Sequence record: PP680568.1
DNA length: 64,000 bases
Source of the DNA: Enterococcus phage VRE9_2
Reading direction: 5' to 3' (one strand)
Shown here: one piece after another, positions 19,669 to 29,597 of the stretch
Position numbering within the stretch: position 1 is the first letter of the stretch
Layout of the letters: each line of letters opens with the position of its first letter
The notes under the pieces: generated by a model
What the model was told of the DNA's origin: nothing
Databases searched by the model: none
Seen by the model: the letters and a program-made list of their open reading frames with translations, nothing else
Translations under genes and position numbers: made by a program

Positions 19669-19730
19669 AGAGAAACTTTCTTATATTGAGTTTTAAATAA
19701 ACTACCGATATAGGAGAGGATGAAAGTTTT

Positions 19731-21771
19731 ATGTTAAATGTAATGAAAAAAGATGGTCATATTGAAATTTTTGACACGAAGAAAATTCAGGAGGCAATTT
19801 TAGCTTCTGCAAGGAAAATTCTTTCTAATGAAGAAGAATATGATATGCAGCAAAAAGCTTTAATTATTGCGAATGAGGTAGCTCGTTTCTTAAATTCAAC
19901 TGAAGATGAAAATGCAGTTATTATGACATCTAAAATTCATAATGTTGTTCTGGAGATTCTATCCAAAGAATGGGAAGTCGTTGGAGCTTCTTATGGAATG
20001 TATAGAAACTATAGAAAACAAATGGCTAAAACATTTTTAAAAAGTTATGAGGAATCTGAAACTGTACTCCACGATGGAGATAAAGAAAATGCTAATAAAG
20101 ATAGTGATTTGAATAGTACAAAACAAGCTTTAATTGCAAATAATAATATGCGTGGTTATATGGAAACATTTGAAATGGATAAAGATTGGATTGAAGCTCA
20201 TAAACAAGGTTGGATACACATTCATGATTTAGCAGAGCGTTATTTGCGCCAGCAAAATTGTTGTTTGTTTAACATGGCAGGTTTATTAGATGGTGGGTTC
20301 CAATTAAATGGAACAGTTTATGCAGAGCCTAAACATTTTGATTCTGCTATTAATGTAGTAGGAGATGTTACTTTGTTTGCATCTGCACAGCAATATGGCG
20401 GTTTTACTATTCCTGAAATAGATACTGTTTTAGCTAAATACGCTGAAAAAAGTTATCAATCAAATTTAAAATTTATTTTAGATAAATTTGGAGATATTAC
20501 TAATGAAGATATTATGGAAACACTAGAACAAACAGCTTACGACATGACTGTTAGAGAGCTAGAACAAGGCTTTCAAGGCTTTGAAACAAAATTAAATACA
20601 ATTAGTAATTCTTTAGGACAAATTCCTTTTGTAACAATTACTTTTGGTTTGGATACAACTCAATGGGGAAGAGAAATTTCTAAAGCTATTTTGAATGTAC
20701 GGATTAAAGGGATTGGAGAAAATAAATCAACAGCGGTATTTCCTAAATTATCTTTTTTACATAGAAAGGAAATTAATGGAAATCCAGAATCTCCTAATTA
20801 TGATATTAAACAATTAGGGATTCAATGTTCTCGATTAAGATTATATCCTGATTGGCTGTCCCTAGATAGTGGAAATCTTGCAGAAGTATATGAAAGATCT
20901 AATCAAGTTGTATCTGGGATGGGATGTCGAGCATATTTAAGTCCATTTTGGGACGAGCAAGGAAATGAAATTTACACTGGACGATCTAATATTGGAGCCG
21001 TTACATTGAACCTTCCTAAAATTGGTTTAGAATCAAAAGGGGATTGGAATAAATTTTTTGATCTAGTAGATAAATATTCTGATATTGTTTTTGCTATTCA
21101 TGAAGATTATTATACTAAAATTAGTAAAACAAAAGGTTCTTCTAACCCTCTATATTTCTGTGAAGGTGGAGCTTGGACAAAAGTAGGCTATGATGAAGAA
21201 GTTGGGAAGATATATGAAGCTTCAACTGCTTCATTGGGATATATTGGAATTTATGAAACATTAAAAGCAATGAATGTTTCAAAAGAAGAATATCTTAAAT
21301 ATGGGACTAAAATTGTTGCATATTTGAAAAAATTAACAGAAAAAGCTACAATTAATTATAATCATTTATATGCACTTTATTCAACCCCAGCAGAAAGTTT
21401 ATGCTATAGATTCCAGAAAATTAATCGTAAATATTATGGAGTAATTGAAGATGTAACTGATAGAGAGTACATTACAAATTCTTTCCATGTTCCAGTATGG
21501 GAAGATGTTAGCGTTCCTGAAAAAATTGCTTTTGAAGCACCATTCCATAAACTTGCAACAGGTGGGCGAATTTCTTATAATGAATTTGTTTATGGAGTAG
21601 ATAATTCTGTGCTAGAACAAGCAATTAACTTTGCTATGGAAAATGGAATGTATTATGGAGTTAATGTTGTTGCAGGAACTTGTAATCAATGTGGTTATAG
21701 TGGAGATTTCCATGACAATTGTCCTAAATGTGGTACCCATGATATTACAGTAGTAACGAGAGTTTGTGGGT
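19731..21771 (+). CDS. nrdD: anaerobic ribonucleoside-triphosphate reductase NrdD, exon 1
   Basis: N-terminal ATP cone (MKKDGHIEIFDTKKI), class III body, C-terminal Zn ribbon CNQCG...CPKCG, ends ...VTRVCG then intron; exon ends in U as expected for a group I 5' splice site. Confidence 0.8.
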
Positions 21772-22809
21772 TAACTATAAAAAGTTCTCTTTAAAAAACT
21801 TAAAGGCTCACGTAAAACAGGATAAATTGCGGGAACATCCTAAAGTTCTTAACTACTAAGCAAATATAGTGATATATTTGTGGCTGAACTAATCACTCAG
21901 GTATAGTAAAAAGGTTAAGAAATTGGACAATCCGCAGCGATACCTCTCATTAGAGAGAGACGTTCAACGACTATAAACCTGCTCTGGCTTAATTTTAAGC
22001 TAAATGTATAGTCTAGTCCGAGATAATATGTAGTATAATAGGAGTTGTTACAGTATAGATTTTTATGTATACATTCATTATACTAAAGATACAAAAGAAA
22101 TATTTTATGTAGGTAAGGGTATAAATAACAGAGCTTATTCAAAAGTTAAACGAAATAAGTTTTGGTGGAATATTGTTAATAAGCATGATTATTGCTTAAA
22201 AATTTTATATTCAAATTTATCAGAAGAAAAGGCTTTCCTTTTAGAGAAGGAATTAATTAAAAATCTAAAAGCTATTGGATTAGCAAAAGCAAACTTCCAT
22301 GAAGGAGGTTCAGGAGGAAATACAATGAAATACGCCCCTCTTGGAGAAATCCAAAAGTGGAAAGAAAGTTTATGCTCCGCTCAACAAAATTTAGATTTAG
22401 AAACTAGACAAAGATTAAGTCAAATTCGTAGTCTAAATGTAAGCGGAGATAAAAATCCTCAATTTAATAAGCCTGGATTTAATACAGGTCGCAAATTTTC
22501 TGATGAACATAAAAATAAAATTAGCAATGCTTTAAAACAATATTCTATGACAGAAGAACACAAACAAAATATAACAAAATCACACAACAAATATCTATTA
22601 AAGGTTATTACAGATAATGGAGAAGAAATGATTTTTAGTTCTCTAAAGGAAGCTTCTGAAACACTAGGAGTTCCTAAGACTACATTATCTAGTTGTGGAC
22701 ATGGAAATAATGGCAGAAACAAAACCCATTATTCTTCCAAATATAAACTTACTGCATATTATCTAACATAAGTATCCCGAAAGGGACGGTAGATTCGATT
22801 TATCCTTTG
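21772..22809 (+). mobile_element. group I (IA-like) self-splicing intron in nrdD carrying a GIY-YIG homing endonuclease ORF
   Basis: core elements read in sequence: P AATTGCGGGAA (21825-21835), Q AATCCGCAGC (21929-21938), R GTTCAACGACTA (21962-21973), S ATAGTC (22008-22013); intron ends in G (22809); joining 21771 to 22810 gives ...TRVCG-Y-QIHGDSRYNPGKQKEVKERVKHNFK*. Confidence 0.78.
22055..22771 (+). CDS. intron-encoded GIY-YIG homing endonuclease (I-TevI/I-TevII-like) with NUMOD-type C-terminal repeats; start codon non-canonical or uncertain
   Basis: frame open from 22034: ..DFYVYIHYTKDTKEIFYVGKG...RAYSKVKRNKFWWN (GIY...YIG...R...N), later GRKFSDEHKNKISNALK NUMOD-like; no in-frame ATG/GTG/TTG before 22325; TAGGAG RBS at 22039-22044 then ATA at 22055. 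Confidence 0.65.
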   Translation: MDFYVYIHYTKDTKEIFYVGKGINNRAYSKVKRNKFWWNIVNKHDYCLKILYSNLSEEKAFLLEKELIKNLKAIGLAKANFHEGGSGGNTMKYAPLGEIQKWKESLCSAQQNLDLETRQRLSQIRSLNVSGDKNPQFNKPGFNTGRKFSDEHKNKISNALKQYSMTEEHKQNITKSHNKYLLKVITDNGEEMIFSSLKEASETLGVPKTTLSSCGHGNNGRNKTHYSSKYKLTAYYLT

Positions 22810-22889
22810 ATCAGATTCATGGTGACTCACGTTATAATCCTGGTAAACAAAAAGAAGTTAAAGAAAGAGTTAAACATAATTTCAAATAA
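22810..22889 (+). CDS. nrdD: NrdD exon 2 (glycyl-radical C-terminus)
   Basis: completes the codon TAT (Y) to give RVCGY; ..NPGKQKEVKERVKH matches the conserved NrdD C-terminal pattern PFNAGKQEEVKRRVKH as I recall it from E. coli. Confidence 0.75.
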
Positions 22890-22901
22890 AAGGAGAAATA
22901 T

Positions 22902-23195
22902 ATGAAAGAAAAGGAACAAGAGGTTATTGAAAAGTTATATGCTTATGTATCAGAAATGGATATTGTTTTAGCAGAAAAGAAACTACAAACAATTTCTTTA
23001 ATACTTTTTATTCTTATGGGAGGATATTGTTTAATCTTTTCTTGCCCTGTATTTATTAATATTGTTTCTTTATCCGGCTTAGCTTATTTTGCTTTTACTT
23101 TATTGGCAAATTTAATGCTTGAACAACTTTTGGATAAAGAAATTTCAAAAAATGAAGTTTTATTAGAACAAATTCTTAAAAATAAAGAGAAATAG
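22902..23195 (+). CDS. hypothetical membrane protein
   Basis: 97 aa with two hydrophobic segments; AAGGAG RBS. Confidence 0.45.
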   Translation: MKEKEQEVIEKLYAYVSEMDIVLAEKKLQTISLILFILMGGYCLIFSCPVFINIVSLSGLAYFAFTLLANLMLEQLLDKEISKNEVLLEQILKNKEK

Positions 23196-23217
23196 AAAGA
23201 AAGGAAGTTTTTTAAAA

Positions 23218-23385
23218 TGATGTTTATTGCAGTTTTTTGTGGGATTTGTATCCTATTATTAATTGGTTCTGGAATGAAAGCAAATATAGGAAGAGATACT
23301 ACGAGATTAGAGAATATGGCTTACTTAATGTTTGCCATATTCTTAATTTTGTTTATCCTAATTTTAATTGGGGGAGCATAATATG
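23218..23385 (+). CDS. small hydrophobic protein (55 aa)
   Basis: ORF MMFIAVFCGICILLLIG...; below the ORF-track length cutoff; AGGAAG RBS. Confidence 0.3.
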
Positions 23386-23904
23386 GCTTATTTACACAAT
23401 ATAAAAAAATATGATATGGAAAACAGTGGTTTAAAAGGAGCCTCAGTTTCTTTATGGTTTAATCATTGTCCACATCATTGCCCAGGATGCTGGAATTCAG
23501 AAACTTGGGAAAGAAATGAAAACTTATATGAGGATAACCAAGAGGTAATAGAAGAGGTGCTCGATGGTCTTGATGGAGGACCAATGAAATTAAATACTCT
23601 TGCTCTTTTGGGAGGAGACCCTCTCAGTCCTAAAAATATAAAAGATACATTAGAAATTTTATCGGCAGTTAAAACAAAAAGACCAGAGACAGAGGTTATC
23701 TGTTGGACTGGTTTTACTTGGGAACAAGTAACTAAAAGTAAGTTACTTAAACCAGTATTAGAATATTTAGATGTATTAATTGATGGTCGTTTTATGATAG
23801 ACCGTAGAATCGAAGGTAAAAAATATGGTTCTGACAATCAAAGATGTATTGATGTGAAAAAATCTCTTCAATGTGATAAAATATATTTAATGGAGGGATT
23901 TTAA
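23383..23904 (+). CDS. nrdG: anaerobic RNR activating enzyme (radical SAM) NrdG
   Basis: CPHHCPGC = CxxxCxxC cluster motif; start moved to MAYLHN with GGGGGAG RBS. Confidence 0.78.
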   Translation: MAYLHNIKKYDMENSGLKGASVSLWFNHCPHHCPGCWNSETWERNENLYEDNQEVIEEVLDGLDGGPMKLNTLALLGGDPLSPKNIKDTLEILSAVKTKRPETEVICWTGFTWEQVTKSKLLKPVLEYLDVLIDGRFMIDRRIEGKKYGSDNQRCIDVKKSLQCDKIYLMEGF

Positions 23905-24212
23905 TGTTTGGTCTTAATAAAAAAACAGAAAAAAATTCTGTGAAAAAGTATCGTAAAAAACCTGTTGAAGTAGAAGTATGGCTTTTTAATAGAGAAAATT
24001 TGGAAACAGCAGAAAGTTGGGTACGCAAGTATTCAGATAAAATGGTTTTATTTTCTCAATATGGTGGAGAAAAAATTTGGATAGAAATAAAAACTTTAGA
24101 AGGTGTAATGAAAGCTTCTGAAGGAGACTATATTATAAAAGGAATCAATGGAGAATTATATCCTTGTAAACCAGATATTTTTCTCAAAACTTATGAAGAG
24201 GTGACAAATTAA
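23904..24212 (+). CDS. hypothetical protein
   Basis: 102-aa ORF, translationally coupled. Confidence 0.45.
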   Translation: MFGLNKKTEKNSVKKYRKKPVEVEVWLFNRENLETAESWVRKYSDKMVLFSQYGGEKIWIEIKTLEGVMKASEGDYIIKGINGELYPCKPDIFLKTYEEVTN

Positions 24213-25135
24213 TGTATGAAACAATAGTTATAGGTGGCGGACCAGGAGCGATGTCTGCCATTCTTTATTTATCTCGACTTGGTTTAAAAACTGCATGGAT
24301 CTATGGTTATGGTTTTGGAGGACAAATTCAAAATACAGAAGTTGTAGATAATTATCTTGGGAAGGGAAAAATTTATGCCCCAATCTTAGTAAAAGATATG
24401 TACTCTCATGTAGAAGATCTAGAACATGTTACACAAATTTTTGGTATGGCTGAAAATGTTAATAAAATTGATGATTCAACTTTTATAGTAACTACTGATA
24501 CGGGAGAAAAAATTAGTGGTAATACTGTATTAGTTGCAACTGGAGCTTCTCCTAGAAAACTTGGAGTTAAAGGAGAAGAAGATTTTGCTGGTTTTGGCGT
24601 CTCTTATTGCGCTATTTGTGATGCTCCTTTATTTAAAGATAAAGAAGTAGCAATTGTTGGTGGTGGACAAACTGCTTTAGAAGATGCACAAATCCTATCT
24701 CGTCATGCAAAAAAAGTATATTTAATTCATAGACGACAAGAATTTAGAGCAACAAATGCCGAAGTAAAACAAGCAAAAAATACTTCAAATATCCATTTTC
24801 TCTTGGATACACAAGTTACTTCTATCATGGGAGAAGACAAAGTTGATTTTATTGTTATTAATGAAAAGGGAATTGGTCATAGAACTTTATCAGTGGATGG
24901 TATTTTTATAGCTGTAGGACAAGTTCCGCAAACTGATTTTTTAATTGAAAATTTTAATTATATTTTACGAGATGGTTATGTAGAAACGATGAGAAACAAT
25001 AAGGTAGAAGATTTAGGCATCTTTGCCATTGGAGATGTAGTTTATGGGAATAATAAACAAATTGCTATTGCTGTAGGAGAAGGTGCAAATGCCGCAATAG
25101 AAATTAATAAATATTTATCAGATCCTAATTTTTGA
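24212..25135 (+). CDS. trxB: thioredoxin-disulfide reductase
   Basis: VIGGGPGAMSA FAD-binding GxGxxG, redox CAICDAP (CxxC), second GxGxxG VGGGQTALEDA, 307 aa. Confidence 0.82.
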   Translation: MYETIVIGGGPGAMSAILYLSRLGLKTAWIYGYGFGGQIQNTEVVDNYLGKGKIYAPILVKDMYSHVEDLEHVTQIFGMAENVNKIDDSTFIVTTDTGEKISGNTVLVATGASPRKLGVKGEEDFAGFGVSYCAICDAPLFKDKEVAIVGGGQTALEDAQILSRHAKKVYLIHRRQEFRATNAEVKQAKNTSNIHFLLDTQVTSIMGEDKVDFIVINEKGIGHRTLSVDGIFIAVGQVPQTDFLIENFNYILRDGYVETMRNNKVEDLGIFAIGDVVYGNNKQIAIAVGEGANAAIEINKYLSDPNF

Positions 25136-25191
25136 TTTTTTATATATAAAATGTTAATATAAATATATAACAAAATAGGAGGACAAAAATT

Positions 25192-26004
25192 ATGACTGTA
25201 TATGCTATGTCAGATATCCATGGAAATTTTCAAGCCTTAGAAAAAGCTTTAGATTTCTTATTTAATAAAACAAAAATTTCTATTGGTGAAGATAAACTTA
25301 TTTTTCTTGGAGATTATATTGATCGTTCTCCTGATGGATATTCTGTTTTAAAGACTATTTATGATTTACAGCAAAAACATGGAAAAGAAAATATTATTGT
25401 TTTAATGGGAAATCATGATGAAATGTTTTTGGAATGGTTGAAACAGCCTTATAATACTCTTCATCTAATTAATGATAAACCATTAATAACCGTCAAAAGT
25501 TTTATAAAACCTCTTAACAAGGGGTGGAACTTGATTTTTGACGGCGTAAATGCTATTTACGATATAAGTGACCCTAATAATCAAGTTAAAGTTACACAAG
25601 AAGTTGTTGATACAATTAAAGCAGAATATAAAGAATTATTAGATTGGTATCAAGATTTAGATTATTTTTATGAATATGGAAATGCTTTGTTTGTTCATGC
25701 CGGTTTTGAAGAAGTACCAAGCTGGCATTGGACAGATTCTTCTAAAGAAGAAATGACCTGGAAATATCCAGCTTCTTTTGGTTATACTCCGTGGAATAAA
25801 CAAATTGTAGCAGGTCATATAATGACAAGAGAGTTGCATCCAGAAGGAGTTCCCCAAGAGAAAGAAGATTCAATTTATAGAAATAAGGATCATATTTTTA
25901 TTGACGGGGCTACACCAATTACAAATCATATTAATATTTTGGCTTATGATGAAAATGGTTATCTATACTATGATGCTGAGACAGGAGAAATTTTACCAGA
26001 ATAA
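25192..26004 (+). CDS. calcineurin-like metallophosphoesterase (PPP-family, PrpE/ApaH-like)
   Basis: SDIHGN, GDYIDRSPDG, GNHDEM motifs. Confidence 0.78.
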   Translation: MTVYAMSDIHGNFQALEKALDFLFNKTKISIGEDKLIFLGDYIDRSPDGYSVLKTIYDLQQKHGKENIIVLMGNHDEMFLEWLKQPYNTLHLINDKPLITVKSFIKPLNKGWNLIFDGVNAIYDISDPNNQVKVTQEVVDTIKAEYKELLDWYQDLDYFYEYGNALFVHAGFEEVPSWHWTDSSKEEMTWKYPASFGYTPWNKQIVAGHIMTRELHPEGVPQEKEDSIYRNKDHIFIDGATPITNHINILAYDENGYLYYDAETGEILPE

Positions 26005-26082
26005 CCTAAGCTTTTTATTATCATTATTAATTTTCCCTTTTTATTATCTTTAGCAGAGATAAATAAAGAGAGGAGAATTAAC

Positions 26083-26313
26083 ATGAGAATCAATGCAGAT
26101 AAAATAAGAGAATATAGAGAAGAGCATGGAATTAGCATCGATGAGATGGCTGAAATTCTTAATATAGATGGAGAAGCACTTTATGAATACGAAAGTGGAG
26201 TTCCATGGTTTGAAGAAGATGCCTTAACTATTTTTACGATTAATAATATTTGTGATAATTTAGATTTTATTGCTATAGATGTTGATGAATTATTTGAAGA
26301 ATATAATATTTAA
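26083..26313 (+). CDS. small helix-turn-helix (XRE-like) protein
   Basis: 76 aa, IREYREEHGISIDEMAEILNI. Confidence 0.45.
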   Translation: MRINADKIREYREEHGISIDEMAEILNIDGEALYEYESGVPWFEEDALTIFTINNICDNLDFIAIDVDELFEEYNI

Positions 26314-26509
26314 TTTTATAAAATTCAACTATTGGATTCCCTTTAGTTGAATTTTTTTATTTAAAATTATATAATATATATATAAGTTAATTAAGAAAGG
26401 AAGTTGCTTAATGAAAGAAGAAATTTTGAACATCCTATTAGTTGATTTGAAAGAAGATTTAGATAGAGAATTAATTGTAGCAGTGGATTTACTTTAGGAG
26501 GCGAAAAGT

Positions 26510-26962
26510 ATAGAAAAAATTGTTAAGATTCATGTAGATGGAAGTTACAAGCAAAAAGTAAACCCTAATGTAGCTGGTTGGGGTTTTTGTATTGAAGCAG
26601 AAGAGCAAGAAGTTTTATATACTGCTTCCGGTATCGTAAATAACCCAGTCTCTAGACAAATTGATGGAGAAATTCAAGCCGCCAAAGAAGCTATTAATTG
26701 GTGTCTTGAAAATGTTATAGATAAAGTAAATACAAAAATTGAAATATATCATGATTATGAAGGCTTAGGAAAATGGGCTGATAATCTTTGGAAGACAAAT
26801 AAACCCTTAACTACAGAATATAAACTTTTTGTTTCTAATGCTCGATTCTCAGGACTTAAAGTTTATTTTATATGGGAAAAAGGTCATAATAATAATTTCT
26901 TTAACGAAATTGCAGATGAATTAGCAACTTCTGCTGTTGAAGATTCTGCCAACATAAAATAA
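26510..26962 (+). CDS. rnhA: RNase H (type 1-like); start codon non-canonical or uncertain
   Basis: KIVKIHVDGSYKQ...GWGFCIE...EIQAAKEAINW...HDYEG..KWADN..W: D-E-D-(H/D) arrangement of RNase H fold; no in-frame ATG/GTG/TTG; AGGAGG at 26496-26501 then ATA at 26510; in frame with the small ORF at 26411..26497 across one TAG. Confidence 0.62.
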   Translation: MEKIVKIHVDGSYKQKVNPNVAGWGFCIEAEEQEVLYTASGIVNNPVSRQIDGEIQAAKEAINWCLENVIDKVNTKIEIYHDYEGLGKWADNLWKTNKPLTTEYKLFVSNARFSGLKVYFIWEKGHNNNFFNEIADELATSAVEDSANIK

Positions 26963-27002
26963 TATTCTATAAGTAGAATAAATAAAAATAGGAGGTTTTA
27001 AA

Positions 27003-27728
27003 ATGAATAAAGATTTATTAGTAAGGGGTGTAAAAAGTACAGTAAAAACAGTAGAAACAAAATTAAATAGAAAAGTTCATTCTGTATATTTAACAGGTAG
27101 TACTCTTTATGGAGTTTCTACTTCCGAAAGTGATTTTGATTTTAAGGTTTATGTATATCCCACTTTTTCAGATTTGTGCTTTAACGAAAAGCTTTCTAAA
27201 GAGGTGGCTGTTAATGAAAATAATGTAGAACATGTCTCTGTAAGAGATGTTCGATTTCAGTATGATGAACTCAATAAATTGTCCCTCAATAGCGCCCACT
27301 TACTTCATCCTCCTCTTTTGGGGAAAAGATTATTCACAGAAGAACAATTAACACAAGTTTTGGAAGAAAGAAAAGATAATTTTCTTTTTAGTCTTGCTGG
27401 CGTCTCTTTGTCAGAATCTAAAAAGGAAGATTCAGGAAAAAAACTTTCAAGAATGTTATTGTTAGAAAATATGTTTACTGCTGTTTTAGAGGATAAATTT
27501 ACCCTAAATTATTTTTTTGATAAAGATTCTTCTAAAGAAGTATTGGTTAGAGAAAATTTTCATAGATATACAGATTTTGCTAAATTAACTCCTGAAGAAT
27601 TAATGTTGACAGCTAAAGATTTTAAAAAAGAATATAAGGTTAATCATAAAAAATTGGAAAATGTTCTAAAAAATCAATTACTACAAACAGTAAAAACATT
27701 TTACAATGTAGGAAAGGAAGTATATTAA
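27003..27728 (+). CDS. minimal nucleotidyltransferase (pol-beta superfamily)
   Basis: LTGSTLYGVSTSESDFDF = GSx9-13Dx[DE] NTase signature. Confidence 0.6.
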   Translation: MNKDLLVRGVKSTVKTVETKLNRKVHSVYLTGSTLYGVSTSESDFDFKVYVYPTFSDLCFNEKLSKEVAVNENNVEHVSVRDVRFQYDELNKLSLNSAHLLHPPLLGKRLFTEEQLTQVLEERKDNFLFSLAGVSLSESKKEDSGKKLSRMLLLENMFTAVLEDKFTLNYFFDKDSSKEVLVRENFHRYTDFAKLTPEELMLTAKDFKKEYKVNHKKLENVLKNQLLQTVKTFYNVGKEVY

Positions 27729-27925
27729 TGTTTAACATATTAATTACAAAAGATATGGTAATGAACGGAATTACAATCAAAAACGTTCCTGTTAAACAAT
27801 TAGAAGGTAAGGATGCTCCTGGGATTACAAAAGGAGTGGCTAGTAAAATTCAAGATTTGGTTTGGAAAGCTAATGCTCTTAAAATTGATGTAATAGATTT
27901 TAGTTATAATTTAGGGAAAGAATAG
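27728..27925 (+). CDS. hypothetical protein
   Basis: 65-aa ORF, coupled. Confidence 0.4.
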   Translation: MFNILITKDMVMNGITIKNVPVKQLEGKDAPGITKGVASKIQDLVWKANALKIDVIDFSYNLGKE

Positions 27926-27939
27926 GAGAAGAGATTTTT

Positions 27940-28311
27940 ATGTTTCTTAATTATGATGAAGGTTTAGTAAAAGATTATATAGATAAAAATATTGTTCAAC
28001 CTGTACTAAAATTAATTGAACAGACAATAGAAGATGCTGGCAAAAATCCTTCAGAATGGGATTTTTTGAATTTATCTATTTCTTTAAATGACACTGAATT
28101 AAAATATATTGAAGCTTTTGGAGAAAATAAATTTTATTTTCGGTTCATGGAAGAAAACATTCATGTATATATTCGCAATAAAGAATTGTATATCACAAAA
28201 AAGAGAAAATCTGGAATTCAGCTTTCTGACGTCTTAAACGAAGAAAATATGGAACTAACAGCGAATCAAATTAGTAGTTTTTTAGAACAATACTTTAAGG
28301 AGGAAGAATAA
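27940..28311 (+). CDS. hypothetical protein
   Basis: 123-aa ORF. Confidence 0.45.
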   Translation: MFLNYDEGLVKDYIDKNIVQPVLKLIEQTIEDAGKNPSEWDFLNLSISLNDTELKYIEAFGENKFYFRFMEENIHVYIRNKELYITKKRKSGIQLSDVLNEENMELTANQISSFLEQYFKEEE

Positions 28312-29172
28312 TTGAATACATTAAAAATGGATCATTTTGTTGCATCTAGTATTTCTGAAATCCTAGACAATGGAGTTAATTCTTTAGGAGCTCGTCCTAA
28401 ATACGCCTCTGATGGAAAAACCGCTAATAGTAAATATATAACAGATGTATTTATCAAATTTTATTTAGACAAGGGAGAGTTACCCATTAGCAGATTACGT
28501 CCTGTATATACTGGATTAGCTAGGCAGGAACTTTTTTGGATATATCAAGACCAAACATCTGATTTGCAGCCATTAAGAGATAGAGGAGTTCATTGGTGGG
28601 AAGATTGGGCTTTAGAAAATGGAACTATTGGGCAACGTTACGGAGCAACAGTTAATCGCTATAAACTAATTGATAGATTAATAGAAGGATTGGAAAAAAA
28701 TCCATATAATCGTAGAAATATTATTAATTTATGGCAATATAAAGACTTAGATGAAACAGAAGGTTTAATGCCATGTGCTTTTCAAACTATTTGGGATGTT
28801 AGAGAAGTTAATGGAGAAACGTTTTTGGATATGAGTTTAATTCAGCGTAGTTCAGATTTTCTTGTAGCTGGTATGGGTATTAATCAAATCCAATATGTAG
28901 CATTACAAATGATGGTAGCTAAACATTTTGGGTGGAAAGTAGGAACTTTTTCTTGGCATGTAATGAACTTGCATATTTATGATAGATATTTTACTCAAGC
29001 TCAAGAATTAGTTGCTAGATTTGAAAGGATGAACCAAGAGGAACAAAAAGAAATTGAGTTTTATTTGGACGTTCCTGACAAAACTAATTTTTATAATATA
29101 AAACCAAGCGATTTTGTACTAAAGGGTTATTCTTCTGTAGGAGATCAGATGAGATTTGATATGGCAATTTAA
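28312..29172 (+). CDS. thyA: thymidylate synthase (or dUMP hydroxymethylase-type) ThyA-family enzyme
   Basis: LMPCAFQ (nucleophile Cys; PCA instead of PCH), QRSSDFLVAGMGINQ (Asn specifying dUMP), HIYD; TTG start with AAGGAGG RBS. Confidence 0.8.
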   Translation: MNTLKMDHFVASSISEILDNGVNSLGARPKYASDGKTANSKYITDVFIKFYLDKGELPISRLRPVYTGLARQELFWIYQDQTSDLQPLRDRGVHWWEDWALENGTIGQRYGATVNRYKLIDRLIEGLEKNPYNRRNIINLWQYKDLDETEGLMPCAFQTIWDVREVNGETFLDMSLIQRSSDFLVAGMGINQIQYVALQMMVAKHFGWKVGTFSWHVMNLHIYDRYFTQAQELVARFERMNQEEQKEIEFYLDVPDKTNFYNIKPSDFVLKGYSSVGDQMRFDMAI

Positions 29173-29182
29173 TAATAAATTA

Positions 29183-29210
29183 AGACACCTTAAATGGTGT
29201 CTTTTTTTTG
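29183..29210 (+). terminator. rho-independent terminator
   Basis: AGACACCttaaatGGTGTCT followed by T8. Confidence 0.6.
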
Positions 29211-29282
29211 TACTTTTTGGCTATAGGATTTTAACGTATTTGAGCTAGGAAAGTCTCAAAAAATAAAAGGAAGGTGTAAAAT

Positions 29283-29597
29283 ATGTTTAAAGAAAAAGAT
29301 TTACTTATCCCAATTGGCGTATTTACAGTCGGGGAATCTAAAGAAGATTATATCGAAATGGACCCGTATGAAAAAGGCACTGTTGACAAGTTAAAAGAAT
29401 ATAATGAAAATGGTGTAGTAGAGATGACTGCAGAGGGCGAAAAGAAAGATTTTGATGGATATTCAAAAGGAGATTTCTTCTCTTTTGGAGATAAGGGATT
29501 TCCAGTAGTTCGAAGCAATGAAATTTTTACTAAGTTAGATGTAGATGGACAATTACTATCATTCCCTAATCATAAACTTATGGAAGGTGATAAATAA
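29283..29597 (+). CDS. hypothetical protein
   Basis: 104-aa ORF. Confidence 0.45.
   Translation: MFKEKDLLIPIGVFTVGESKEDYIEMDPYEKGTVDKLKEYNENGVVEMTAEGEKKDFDGYSKGDFFSFGDKGFPVVRSNEIFTKLDVDGQLLSFPNHKLMEGDK

Noticed and set aside
19731-21794. NrdD as a C-terminally truncated pseudogene
   Set aside because: The missing C-terminus is found in frame after a recognisable group I intron, so the gene is interrupted, not truncated.
26411-26962. In-frame TAG between a 28-codon ORF and the RNase H frame, as possible stop-codon readthrough by a phage suppressor tRNA
   Set aside because: None of the ~20 tRNAs folded by hand carries a CUA anticodon. The TAG is part of a TAGGAGG Shine-Dalgarno, so it is more simply the RBS of a separately initiated, non-ATG-start gene.
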